58,422 bases of DNA from positions 1-58,422 of the forward strand of contig JAVECO010000151.1 of the NCBI GenBank assembly GCA_051942205.1. The letters run 5' to 3'. The stretch's first letter is position 1; the number at the start of each line of letters is the position of its first letter. Positions 26,226-37,027 of the stretch are shown piece by piece. Under the pieces are notes generated by a model, which did no database searches, was not told the DNA's origin, and saw nothing but the letters and a program-made list of their open reading frames with translations. The stretch is from Coniocarpon cinnabarinum (Eukaryota). Made by a program: the position numbers and the translations under genes.

Positions 26226-29200
26226 TTATTGCTCCATAACTCCGAATTTGAATTGGGTCTGTTGCTCCAAAGGGTTGTGTTCGACAGAATGATCTCGACT
26301 AATAGGAGTTTCATGGCCAGCATTGTTGTCCCCTGTAATCCCTAGCTGAGCAGCGCTGGAACGTTGTGCCGGCTCACCCATATCTTCATCTCCATCAGCG
26401 TCCCTTACTGACTGAGTTCGCGATTCAGTCGGTAGCGGAGTGGATAAGCCACGGGTAACTATGCCGCACCTATAATCTGCAAAGACTCTGGGATCAGCAA
26501 ACATTACAGCCCCTTTGATGTATTCACGACATGTCGATTCGAAATCATTGTCCTGGCCTCCAGACCTTGCAACTGTCTGAATGCGACCACGATGACCATG
26601 CCTATAACCTTCAGTGCATGGAGTGAACGGCCATCGGTCCTTGATCTTGAGCCATTTGTAATTTTCTTTGAGAATTCTGCCGTCATACAAGCTTTTAACC
26701 ATGGCGACAAGACATTCCCTCTGCACAGGGACCGTCTGACATTTCACACAAAGACCACCCCTTGTGGAATTGGCAGGCTGAATCGGATTTCCGAGGTTTT
26801 CCCCGCACAAGATCAAAGGTCTAGAATCACTTTCTCGCAGCGCACTCCACATCTTGTTTCTATGGCTCAATGAGATCTTTCTCCGACGAGGATAGCCCTG
26901 ATTGCGCAAAATTTCGTATACATCCCATGCTTGAAAAGAATGGCCAACCCATGGAGCTCGGGGAAAAGATGTTGTTTGCTGGCGACGTCCGATATCGTCA
27001 TCTTCACGCCACTGCAGTTGGTCCAAAACGTGCAAGACGCGGTGTCTCACCAAAACATCTCGTCGCTCATAATCGTCCTTGTACGCAACCATATTCCAAG
27101 TCGTCTTCATGACTTGCTTCACGGTTTCCTCAGCATCCCATGATGGCACGGCGAGGAGATCCTCATGGATTGTCTGACAGTGGCGATGAATCAGCTCTAG
27201 AGTCAGATGCCATACGATGGACAACTTGGGTACAAGCCATGCTCGTTTATCCGCTGTGTCGATGAGGAGAACTTGGTGGCCCATGTTTTGTTCCAAGCGG
27301 TCAGAGTCTGGCTGTGGATATGCTGCTGTGTCTGATGCAGCAAGGTAATGCGGTCTCCCCAACCGAAAACTAGCACCTACATGCGCGCCCTGAAAAAATC
27401 TTGATCAGCAGGCTACTCAGTGTCCAGAAAGGCGACTCAAGGGGTCTACAAAGGCACAAACTTACAAATATTCCCAACCCCTCAGTGCCGATCGAGGCCG
27501 AGACGCTTTCGATTTGCATCGAGCGCGATTCACAAGGCGCTCTGGATGGCCTCAAAGTACCATATCGAGCAGAGGCTGTTCCAAGTTGGATCTCAGCTTC
27601 CTCACAGTAACCGATCTATAGAAATAAGTCATGCTGAGCTCGTACGTCAGATTCAAAAGCATTAGAAAGTCTTGCTTACCCAATGTTGCATTTCGGGCAA
27701 TCTCGCCCAATCAACAGACTTCAGTCCGGGTTGCAATCTTCCAATGCCCTCCTTGAAGCACCGTTCAATATCGAGAGGCTTTTTTGACTCGATTGATTCC
27801 CAGAGGTGCCATTGGATGGCATCCTTTACACGAAACATTGGCATTAAAAGCGTAGAGTGGCCTTTGAATACCACGAGCCCATTCCATTCCAGATGATACT
27901 GCATCCCAGCAAGTTGAAGCATAGCTCGATACGGCACATGTGCTCCATAAAGTTTCATCGGAAGTGAGCTTCGCTGCCCACTGGAGCACCCAAATATAGC
28001 CGGAGAGTGAAGGAATTGATGTAGGGCTGAGTGCGTAGACTAAGCAATGGTTAATACGGCACATTCGCAAAGGCGTTGAAGCACACAAACTTCTTCGCCT
28101 TTACATCTCATCTCGGTGGCATCATCCCACCAGAATCCACATGCAAGCAGGCTTCCGCGGAACAGTGATCTCCAGCAAAAGGTCACGGCCTCGTTGGTCA
28201 CAGCACACTGAATGTACGTTAGCCAGTGGACGCCATCAGAAACAGCAACGCCCTGTGAAGGGTATCAGTGGGTTCCGCGGCCACAAAACTCAATTCTACC
28301 CCGAGTGCATTTCAGATCCGTCTGCATTCAGAGCGCTTCATCGCCGTCCGTTGTCGAAGTCTTGACTAACGGGCTCGAAGCAACCGACAGCCTAAAAGTC
28401 GCGAGACTTCTTTGCCGGCTTCTCTAGTTTATCACCGGAAGAAATTAAGAGATGTCTCGAGCGCGACCTACATGCCCTCCAAAAGTCAAGCAGCAGCGTT
28501 CGATGGCATTTTTGACTTACCAAGGGCTTCAGAGTGAGACTGACCGTGCTGCACCGGCAACCCCCAACAGCAAAGTCCTTGGAGACATGGACTTCGGATT
28601 TTTGAACAGGCATAGGAGGCCTTGTGACAGGTACGTCTCGAAATTGACAAGCCAGCCATGCAAATATTTCCCCAGTTGCAGTTGCAAGTACTAAATCTTG
28701 GCTAGTAACTCTTGCAAAGCATTTCGGTGACGCAATACTCTGGCACAACTCTATGATCAGGTTGAGGTCCTGGGACTCCTTTCTGACGACGAGCACTGAG
28801 CCTTGCACTCCACGCACATATTCGATGATTGCTTGGCAGAGCTCCAGGAAAGTCGCAAGGACAAAGGCACCGACAAAAGGCCATTGAGAACACACAAATT
28901 CTTTGCAAGTAGACGAGTGAGCACGATTTGGTGTTCCAGTTAGTGTTAAAAACCGCTCGATATCGTCAACAGTGAAGACTTGAGAACGGCAATTTGTCGC
29001 TGCAATGCCATCGTCAGCATGGGACATGGGAGTACAAACTCAGGCTGAAGGCTGAAGAGAAAAACAGACACACCGAAAAAGGCTGGTAGATCCCATGCGA
29101 TGGTAAACAAGACCTGTTCAGGACTACGCCGCCAGCTTGTTCCGATGAATGATTCTATAGCCGAGCGCACAGGAGACGTTTTCTCGACGCCTGAAGATCT

Positions 29201-29647
29201 TACAGTATCTATTGCGAGCAGTGAAGGATCTGAACACCCGTACTTAGCACTGTCTTATCGATATAAGCCTCGAATCTACTTGCTTTTTGAAAGCTCGAGC
29301 TCAAGTGTTTCCTGCGGCTGTTTGTAGGCGTCTTTCTGGAGTCTTGGAAACTGTTTGAACAGACTGGAATTGATCTCTTCCAGAAGATTGGTATTGATCT
29401 GTTTTAGGACACTAGGACATTGATCATGAGACCTCCGCTCTAGGCTCAAACCAAAGTGATCCCATTTACGCCAGATGCTCTTCTGAGCGCCGAATGTCTC
29501 CGCATATTCTCGCTGCGCATCGCAGCTCCTACACTTGAACGCGCCAGGAGGCTTAGAGTCAAAGAATACCCGACGACAGTGCTCACACGTCCACGTTAAC
29601 GACGGCAAGGTGGGCGAAGCCCCCGCCTGCTCAAATACTGCAAGCAT
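26226..29647 (-). CDS. Uncharacterised ~929-aa protein of a fungal family; 7 exons: 29647-29284, 29229-29074, 28999-28521, 28207-28091, 28039-27680, 27615-27466, 27389-26226
   Basis: Six introns with branch points join the fragmented ORFs into one open frame carrying collinear motifs WDLPAFF, LTLTG...TC..F...QWP..G, CWRSLF, VFKGHSTLLMP...IQWHL, IGYCEEAEIQLGT, LLIDTADKRAWLV. The start codon and intron 3 boundaries are less certain. Confidence 0.7.
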
Positions 29648-30476
29648 GCCTGACTCTCGGGTCGCCGCCTCTAGAGCAGCGTGTGTTATCGATGCTATTG
29701 ATGACGATTCTCGTGGACAATTTGGAGCACTTCAGGGCTGACGTTGATGAGAGGATATGAAGGCAGCGCAGCAAACGGCATTGGCAAGATAGGAGTTCGG
29801 CTGTTGCAACGTCAGGCAGGGCAGCGAGGCAGGAGATTTGCATCTGGAGCAGGTACTAAAACCTAGCAAGCTGCCTGCAGCAGCTGTCGTGGAGAGCGCC
29901 AATGTGCTGCGAGGGAGCACAAACTGGCGAGAACCGGCCATGGAGGCAAGCCGTAGATGGCAGGGGTGCTCTACTGGCAAGTGGCGCAGACATTGCGACG
30001 AGCAGCGAGATCGGCGTCCCGAGGAGCGTCGCGATCATCAACTCAGGCGTGAGTGGCGGGCGTGCTGGGTCAGCGTGCAGAACAGAAGCAGGATCCAACA
30101 TTGAACGAACAGGTACGAAAGAGTACATGCAAGGTCACGTGTTTAGATGTCGAGAAGGGGCTTGTGCCAGGTGCTAGGGTTGGGTTTGGCGCGGCTTTAA
30201 CGGAATGCAAGTCTTGCCTCGTCAACCAACCTACAAAAAGAATACCACAGGCCTGTAATCGCGGATTGGATTCGACTGGGCTGCACGCGCACATCTCTTT
30301 CGTGTCCAGCGCTGGCGACTCTACAGTCCTCTTGCAGAGCTTCAGTGCATGCCAACCTCTTCCTCCAGAGCGTCCGCCAAAGTCGTCCTGTGATTGCGAA
30401 ACCCCACCCTCCCGGCAGCGGCACATTCTTCTTGAGAGTCGCACGTGGCCTTGCCTCCAGCACACGGCGTAACAAG

Positions 30477-31935
30477 ATGGGTCCGAAAAAAGAAGTCAAA
30501 CAGGAGAAAGTACTGCTTGGACGTCCAGGCAACAACCTCAAGAGCGGCATCGTCGGTCTTGCCAATGTCGGCAAATCCACCCTCTTTCAGGCCATCACTC
30601 GCTGCTCGCTTGGCAATCCCGCTGTACACTTTTGCCCATCATAGTGATATTCGTTGTCGCTGACGATTGTAGAATTTCCCCTATGCCACAATAGATCCTG
30701 AGGAAGCCAAAGTCATCGTACCAGACGAGCGCTACAACTGGTTATGCGAGCATTACAAGCCCAAGTCTCGTGTCCCGGCGAACCTCACCATATATGATAT
30801 TGCTGGCCTGACAAAGGGCTCATCGACAGGTGCTGGGCTTGGCAATGCGTTTCTGTCACATATTCGTGCTGTTGATGCCATTTTCCAGGTGGTGCGGTGT
30901 TTCGATGACGCCGAAATCATCCATATCGAAGGGGATGTCAATCCAACTCGAGATCTGGACATCATCAGCGAGGAGCTCAGACTGAAAGACATCGAGTTCA
31001 CGGAAAAGGCACTGGAGAACTACCAAAAGCAGACAAGAAGAGGTGGACAGAGTCTGGAGATGAAGAAGCTGAAGGAGGAACAAGCTACGGTAGAAAAGGT
31101 CTTGGAGATGCTGAAGGATGGCAAAGATGTCAGAAAAGGGGACTGGGCTCCAAAAGAGGTTTGTATACCCTTCCCTTGACGGCGCAACAACTCGTCTTGA
31201 TGAACAAGAGGTACCACCTCTATAATCCCAGCTCTTCGAGGGTCTCACCCAACGCTTACAACGAGACTGTCATGAGAACATGTCCCTTCTGATCAGTACA
31301 CATGCAACGAGTCATTTCAGCTTGAGTTCAAACAAGCTCATCCTAAGCAACGCGCTAACTGCATGGTGTCCCAGGTCGAAACCATCAATCCACTCTTTCT
31401 CCTGACAGCTAAGCCGGTTGTGTATTTGGTTAACCTTTCTGAGAGAGACTTCGTCCGCCAAAAGAACAAGCATCTCCCTGCTATCGCACAGTGGGTGCAG
31501 GCGTCATCTTCAGGCGGCGACAAAGACCCCATCATCCCCATCTCAGTGGCATATGAGTCGCGTCTAGCCGCGATCGAGAGTGAAGAAGAAGCCGCGAAAG
31601 AGCAAGAGACCGCCGGCGCCAAATCGGCGATCCCGAAGCTCATCACCACCATGCGCAGGAGCATGAACCTTGGCAGTTTCTTCACAACTGGAGCTGACGA
31701 GGTCCGGCAGTGGACGATCAGAAATGGTACCAAAGCACCTGCCGCTGCTGGCGTGATTCACACCGACTTTGAAAAGACGTTCATACAGGCCGTCGTGTTC
31801 AATTACACTACACTCAGAGAAGAAGGCGACGAGAGCGCTGTCAAGGCTAAAGGCAAGGTTATGACCAAGGGCAAAGACTACGAAGTTCAAGATGGAGACG
31901 TCCTGCTGATTAAAGCCGGTGCTGCCAAGGGATGA
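30477..31935 (+). CDS. OLA1: Obg-like ATPase OLA1/YchF; exons 30477-30623, 30673-31158, 31375-31935
   Basis: GIVGLANVGKST, spliced PANFPYATIDP, DIAGL, GAGLGNAFLSHIRAVD, TGS domain AAGVIHTDFEKTFI...YEVQDGD. Confidence 0.96.
31191..31311 (+). ncRNA. Candidate intronic box C/D snoRNA in OLA1 intron 2
   Basis: Box C-like TTGATGA 31197-31203, box D CTGA 31289-31292, D'-like ACGA 31261-31264, C'-like ATGAGA 31272-31277, flanking stem CTCGT/ACGAG. Guide CCAACGCTTAC 31249-31259 is complementary to the recalled 25S rRNA sequence GUAAGCGUUGG. Confidence 0.7.
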
Positions 31936-32430
31936 AAATCTGGTTCTGAGGGAAATGATTGCCCAAAAAGACCTTCATAAAAAGAGAATGGCCCCGGCTT
32001 CGACGTCACCACCATTACGCAGCGTGCAGCTGGAAGTCATACCTGCTTGTGCGACGCTGGTGCAACGCCCACATCGGTGTGAAAACCAAGCGAGTCAGGT
32101 GCTTCCCTCTTGGCAAAAGCCTTTGCGCCTCGAAAAGCAATCATATCATATCCGTGAGGCTGAAAGCCATCCGGGATGGTTGGAGCGGCGGGGTACATTT
32201 ATGCACTTTTGCAGCACAGCAAGGACTTGGTAACAGGGCACTGGTGGCGTTGTGTAAAGACTATAAGCGGCCGCGAAGTTGCCTGCACCCAGGCGCAGGA
32301 ACTCACTTGACAGTTGTGGATTGACGATGTTTCTGTATATAGCAGAAGCATGTTCATGAGCTATGAGTGCATCGACAGAATTCATCTCAGCCAACGATGC
32401 TTGTGAATGTATTGGCTTCTTCAGTAGAGG

Positions 32431-32462
32431 TCTTCTCTCTCTCACTCACACACACACACACA
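32431..32462. repeat. Compound (CT)n(CA)n microsatellite
   Basis: tcttctctctctcactcacacacacacacaca, just 3' of the VPS9-domain gene. Confidence 0.7.
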
Positions 32463-32485
32463 GAGCATTGAATCTGTACAATCAT

Positions 32486-35400
32486 TCAGGGTTGAAGCTC
32501 ATACTTATCACCTGCCTTGCCCGCCGGTCTGAGGGTATCAGTCGCCAACGCCTCACCCTCACCCTCGCCCTCGCCCTTTCCCTTTCCCACAGTATCATCC
32601 ACAGCCTCATCTACCCCAAAGCCGTGCCCACCACCGGGCGCACCAGAAGCAACAGCGCCACCACCAACCCTCGCCAACGCCTCCCCCACCATCTCGTCCC
32701 GCCTCTTCTCCCTTGCAATCCCCGCCAATGCCCGCCTCATCCTCCCCAACCGTTCCCTCTCCTTGATGACATTGCTCTTTGCAAACTCGCGCAGACCCTC
32801 CCGCAAACTGACGACCGCCTCGACATCTCTGCCCTTCTTCGAGCGCGCCTCCCAGAACCCGGCAAGCTCCGCGGCGACCACGCCCTGTGTGTAGCTTAAC
32901 TCCCGTCCCAGCATGTCGACTTGCTCACGCGCGCGCTCAGCTTTACCCACGCCGTCTTCGACGAGGCGACGGCGGGCGTCGTCGAGGAGACCGAGGGCGG
33001 AAGGCCAGCGTTGATTATGTGCTCGTTGCGCTGCGGCTTCGTGTTTTTCGATTTGGTCGGAGGTGGCGCGCAGGGAGGAGATGAGTTGCGTGGGTCTTGA
33101 TAAGGCGGTGAGGATTGCGTTGATGGAGCTGACGGTGTTGAGGAGGTTGTAATGGAATCCGGTGAGAGGCGAGGATTCCGGATTGAACAAGAGTGCCCCG
33201 GCGTGGTGTCGCAGTGCGCGATGCTGAGTTTCGGGAAGGAACCCGACGCGGTCCAAGTGGAAAAGAGTCAGGTCGTTGGCATCGACCAAGTCGGCATTGA
33301 CGTTTCTGAGTCGATTGACCGCGCGCAGGACAAGTGTCGTGGCATCCAAGGTCAGGCGAATTTGATCCGTAGCGTGCATCACGAAGAGCTCAATCTCAGG
33401 GACAACTTCCAAAGGAATCGGCGTAAATTCCTCGCGGAGGTTCTCCAGTCTGAGCGACGATTTAGCTTGGGCGCGTTGCGCGAGCATCGCTGGGTCAATG
33501 TCAGGAACAAGGAAAAACTCCCAAAGCATCTCGTGAGTGTCAAAGGACGGATGTGACATTAGCGTCTTCAGAAAGCTGTCGAGGCGTATCTGAGTGTCAT
33601 GGAGAACAATCCGTGAGGGTTTGAACGGCAAATGGAAAGGTGAACGAAAGCCTGACAGTGCTGGTATCCACGAGGCAGGCTGCTCAAGAGCCAGCCAAGT
33701 AGCCAGGTTTTCAAAATCGGTCAGCGACCGTCGGCAGGTGGTGACGGTGATGGTCTGATTGGGATTTGGTGCACCAGACTTGACGATCATGCGGATGGTG
33801 CCATCTTCGACGAAGAACGAGCGAACTATAGTCGTAATCCGCCCTTGGGAGATTGGCCTGGTTGACAGTAAGAACATGTCGTCAATACGATTCCGCACTT
33901 CGTCGTCTTTGGCAAGCTCGACTGCCGTAAGACCTCGTTGCTCCCTCGCGTGAAGATCTGTTCGTTCATCACCGAAGAGCACCCTCACAGTGTCAAGGCG
34001 GGCGAACTTGCTCGCGACCATCAGGGGCGTGAACTGCTTGTCGTTCTTTGCATTTGGATCAGAGTCGCAATCTCGTAGGAGTCTCCGCGTGATCTTAGGG
34101 TCCACGGCTATGTGCAGCAACGTATTCATTTTCCCGTCCATATGTGCGTCAATGTCGAGAGCAGGAGCACCAAGTGCAGTAGAAATTTCGGCCTCACGAG
34201 CAGCCTTCAGGGACTTCTCCACAAGAGCCAGATATTCCTCGTGATCGTAACTCCGGCATATTGCAAACAATGGTGTCTGCCCATTCTTGTCTTTGAGTGA
34301 CCACGGAATAAGATGGTTAATTGAATCAATTAATTGAGCGGCATTGAACAGGTAATGCGCGGCAGATCGACCTTGACTGTCCTGACGAGCGATGTAAGCA
34401 CGGGCAGTACTTTCATCCTGATCAAGGACTACGCCAATAAGTGTATTGATGACGGCTACGTTTCCTCCCTGAATGGCGGCGCTGAGCAACGTCGTTCCGG
34501 CGTTATTACAGTCTGCTAGTACGGTAGTAATTGGGAAGAAGTCCTCTAATCGCAGAAAGTACTGTAGCACATTGGGTTGTCCGCTTTCGACAGCCATCAT
34601 CATGGGAGAGTTACCATTTGCTGCGTGCGCTCTGCATAGCTTCGCAGGAGTCGTCTCGACTCTGGCGCTCATCGTTGACACAGCCGTTGACGCGTGTGAG
34701 ACGTGCGAAGTAGCTGAAGAACTTGACACACTTTGAGTATCCATAGATACACGCTTCTTCACTTTTCGCGGCTGGTCTTCTGCGCCTGCGGTTGTGGTTT
34801 CGAATGGAAAGACGTGAGCAAGACCAACAGGTGTTCCTACGGGCGGAAGGATTTGATGAGCTGGCTCATGATCGGCGGGACTCTCTGCAGCGCCATTAGT
34901 GTTTACCCAGGCCAAAACGTTGTCACTATTGCTATGGTCGTCAAGACCAATGACAGGCGATGAAGTCTCGTACTCTAATGCTGATTCGTTCTCCAGCATT
35001 TCCCGGACAGCAGATGCATCGCCTCGCTTGATCGCTCGCCAGAAAGCCCGATTAGCTCTGCTTGCTTTCCGCAGGCCAGATGAATTGTTGGAGAGAAATG
35101 ACAAAACCGCCTCAAAAGTACTCAAAGCGTAGCCAACCTCTCCCGTTTCTACCTCTTCGATGAACGTAAACTCAACCATGTATAGCAACCGCGCATTCAA
35201 ATGGCGCACTGACGATCTGATTACCACCAGCATGAGCATTGAGACGAGTAAGTCGGCGTTGGTCGTAATGACATGCGTGACCTTCTCTTCCCTCGCGGAT
35301 TTGGAAGGATTGGCCGCGGAGTCAGTCATACAGCATTTCTCAGTCTCGAGAAGGATTTCCATCATTTCTTGAGGACTACTCGCCGTGCCTATTTTACGAA

Positions 35401-36526
35401 AAGCTTCCACGCCTTTCTGTAGGCGCCTTGATAGCTCGCGCTCATGCTCATGCCCCTCTTCGAGCTCAGCACCGGCTTGGACGAGATCCACATCTGCCAT
35501 TTGCCGGATGTAGCCATCCAACCTCGAATCTTCCGATTCACGCATTTGACAAAGCTTTGGGAAAAGAACCTTGTCATGGAAATACTCTGTGACATAACGC
35601 TCTATCATCAGTTCGACCGCAGGTTCTGACAAGTTTGTTGAGGTTCCCAAGAACGAAAGCTGATTCTTGTCGACACCTTGGAATATCTCAATGGCAGATG
35701 CGACCATGTTTTCTAGGGCTTGTCGGAGATGCTCGGCAGCCGGCTCGTCTTCACGAATGCTTGACCTCGATTTGAGCGACTGAGCCCCGTCGAGTGTGGT
35801 TGAGGAAGAAAAGGAGCCAATGCTGCGTCGCAGACGCGGCCTTCTCGAGTGAGACGATGCAGGTGACACTGGCGGCGGCGTAGCTGACGCGCTCAATTCC
35901 GCGGTCTTCATGAACTGTTGAAATAGCTGGTCGAGTCCTGGTTGCATTTGGCGCGCGATGATAGGGTAGTGATCAAGCACATCCTTGAAACCCTTAATGT
36001 CTGGACGCTCGGCAGACTGGCCCTGGTCGGCAGATTTAGAGGGAAGAGGTGGGCCATTCAATTTTGGATACAGAGGCTCCGGCGTGCCCACCAGCGGCTT
36101 TGAAATATAGTGAATGAGCCATGGCTGTGCTTGTGGCAGCTCCGGCCAATAGATGGAATCGTGGAGCAGCTGCGCCTGGTTCAGGCTCTTGAAGCCCTTG
36201 TTGCTGTAGATGAAATTGTCTTTGACTACCACCGTCTTGCTATTCAGGGTGGCAAATTGCTTTGCTTTGCCCTTTCCATCTCGTAGGCTGGACCCGTCCT
36301 TTCCCAAGGGTCCTGAGCCAAATTCAGAGGAAACTCGCACAACATGGCTGGAGATGATCTCCTCGGAGTTGACAAGCTCCTCCCAGTCGGTCTGGGTCTC
36401 ATGCTCCTTATGGGTAAGCAGATGCTCGGTCGTGGGGAAGAAGAGGATGTAGTTGGACGGCGGAGAACACGAGGCTGGGAGTTTGCTAGAAAAGAAGGCC
36501 TTGACGAAGGGATTGAGTGGTTGCAT
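32486..36526 (-). CDS. VPS9 domain + ankyrin repeats + PX domain protein (VARP/Vrl1-like endosomal Rab GEF), intronless
   Basis: VPS9 motifs NADLLVSMLMLVVIRS and GEVGYALSTFEAVL; ankyrin repeats (GRSAAHY, GQTPLFAIC, FTPLMVASK); PX signature CRRSLTDFENLATWL...LWEFFL; C-terminal helical region. Confidence 0.9.
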   Translation of the reverse strand: MQPLNPFVKAFFSSKLPASCSPPSNYILFFPTTEHLLTHKEHETQTDWEELVNSEEIISSHVVRVSSEFGSGPLGKDGSSLRDGKGKAKQFATLNSKTVVVKDNFIYSNKGFKSLNQAQLLHDSIYWPELPQAQPWLIHYISKPLVGTPEPLYPKLNGPPLPSKSADQGQSAERPDIKGFKDVLDHYPIIARQMQPGLDQLFQQFMKTAELSASATPPPVSPASSHSRRPRLRRSIGSFSSSTTLDGAQSLKSRSSIREDEPAAEHLRQALENMVASAIEIFQGVDKNQLSFLGTSTNLSEPAVELMIERYVTEYFHDKVLFPKLCQMRESEDSRLDGYIRQMADVDLVQAGAELEEGHEHERELSRRLQKGVEAFRKIGTASSPQEMMEILLETEKCCMTDSAANPSKSAREEKVTHVITTNADLLVSMLMLVVIRSSVRHLNARLLYMVEFTFIEEVETGEVGYALSTFEAVLSFLSNNSSGLRKASRANRAFWRAIKRGDASAVREMLENESALEYETSSPVIGLDDHSNSDNVLAWVNTNGAAESPADHEPAHQILPPVGTPVGLAHVFPFETTTAGAEDQPRKVKKRVSMDTQSVSSSSATSHVSHASTAVSTMSARVETTPAKLCRAHAANGNSPMMMAVESGQPNVLQYFLRLEDFFPITTVLADCNNAGTTLLSAAIQGGNVAVINTLIGVVLDQDESTARAYIARQDSQGRSAAHYLFNAAQLIDSINHLIPWSLKDKNGQTPLFAICRSYDHEEYLALVEKSLKAAREAEISTALGAPALDIDAHMDGKMNTLLHIAVDPKITRRLLRDCDSDPNAKNDKQFTPLMVASKFARLDTVRVLFGDERTDLHAREQRGLTAVELAKDDEVRNRIDDMFLLSTRPISQGRITTIVRSFFVEDGTIRMIVKSGAPNPNQTITVTTCRRSLTDFENLATWLALEQPASWIPALSGFRSPFHLPFKPSRIVLHDTQIRLDSFLKTLMSHPSFDTHEMLWEFFLVPDIDPAMLAQRAQAKSSLRLENLREEFTPIPLEVVPEIELFVMHATDQIRLTLDATTLVLRAVNRLRNVNADLVDANDLTLFHLDRVGFLPETQHRALRHHAGALLFNPESSPLTGFHYNLLNTVSSINAILTALSRPTQLISSLRATSDQIEKHEAAAQRAHNQRWPSALGLLDDARRRLVEDGVGKAERAREQVDMLGRELSYTQGVVAAELAGFWEARSKKGRDVEAVVSLREGLREFAKSNVIKERERLGRMRRALAGIAREKRRDEMVGEALARVGGGAVASGAPGGGHGFGVDEAVDDTVGKGKGEGEGEGEALATDTLRPAGKAGDKYELQP

Positions 36527-37027
36527 TCATTCGAGCCGGATGCTTCATTGAGAAGGCGCGCGCAACGAGATGAGAGAGGACCGTGAGGCTAGCGCGACTT
36601 TGTGTACTAAAGGAGCGAATGAAGGTGGGTTGAACATACGAGGAGACTCGAGCGAGGGCAGTGTTGAGGTGACGAAAGGTGCTGCCGCGGCCTTCACGTG
36701 ACTGTTTCCTGAGTCCTGTTCTCTCTCTCGTTTTCGCATTCTTTGTCGAGGGTTAGGGCTATGCCAACTTCTAAATACTTCTGGTTCAAATGAGGACACT
36801 CAACATCACCCAGAAAGTGCCTGCGTGAATTTTCATAGAGACCGGTCATGCCCGAAGCATGAGGCCTGGAAGCTTCGAGTTCGCACGGGCTGATGTAAAG
36901 CTGGCTGTGCGGGAACTTGAAGCAGGTTCAATACGTACTGTGTCGGGCCACCACCCTGCCCCTTTTTAGGGTCTCCGTCTATCAACATCAAACAAAACCT
37001 ATTAAATTTCTCTTCATTGACCCAAGA

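Noticed and set aside
26226..29647. Pseudogene or transposon interpretation of the fragmented ORFs
   Set aside because: All stops fall within plausible introns and no transposase, RT or terminal-repeat features were seen.
32363..33556. Antisense ORFs over the 3' part of the VPS9-domain gene (and similar ORFs over PRP5, HIR1, MON2 and NUG1)
   Set aside because: Shadow ORFs expected from the codon bias of the real genes; no independent motifs.
36917..37027. TTG-initiated extension of RPP40 in the ORF track
   Set aside because: Similarity to Rpp40 begins after ATG 37028 and nothing supports use of the upstream codons.
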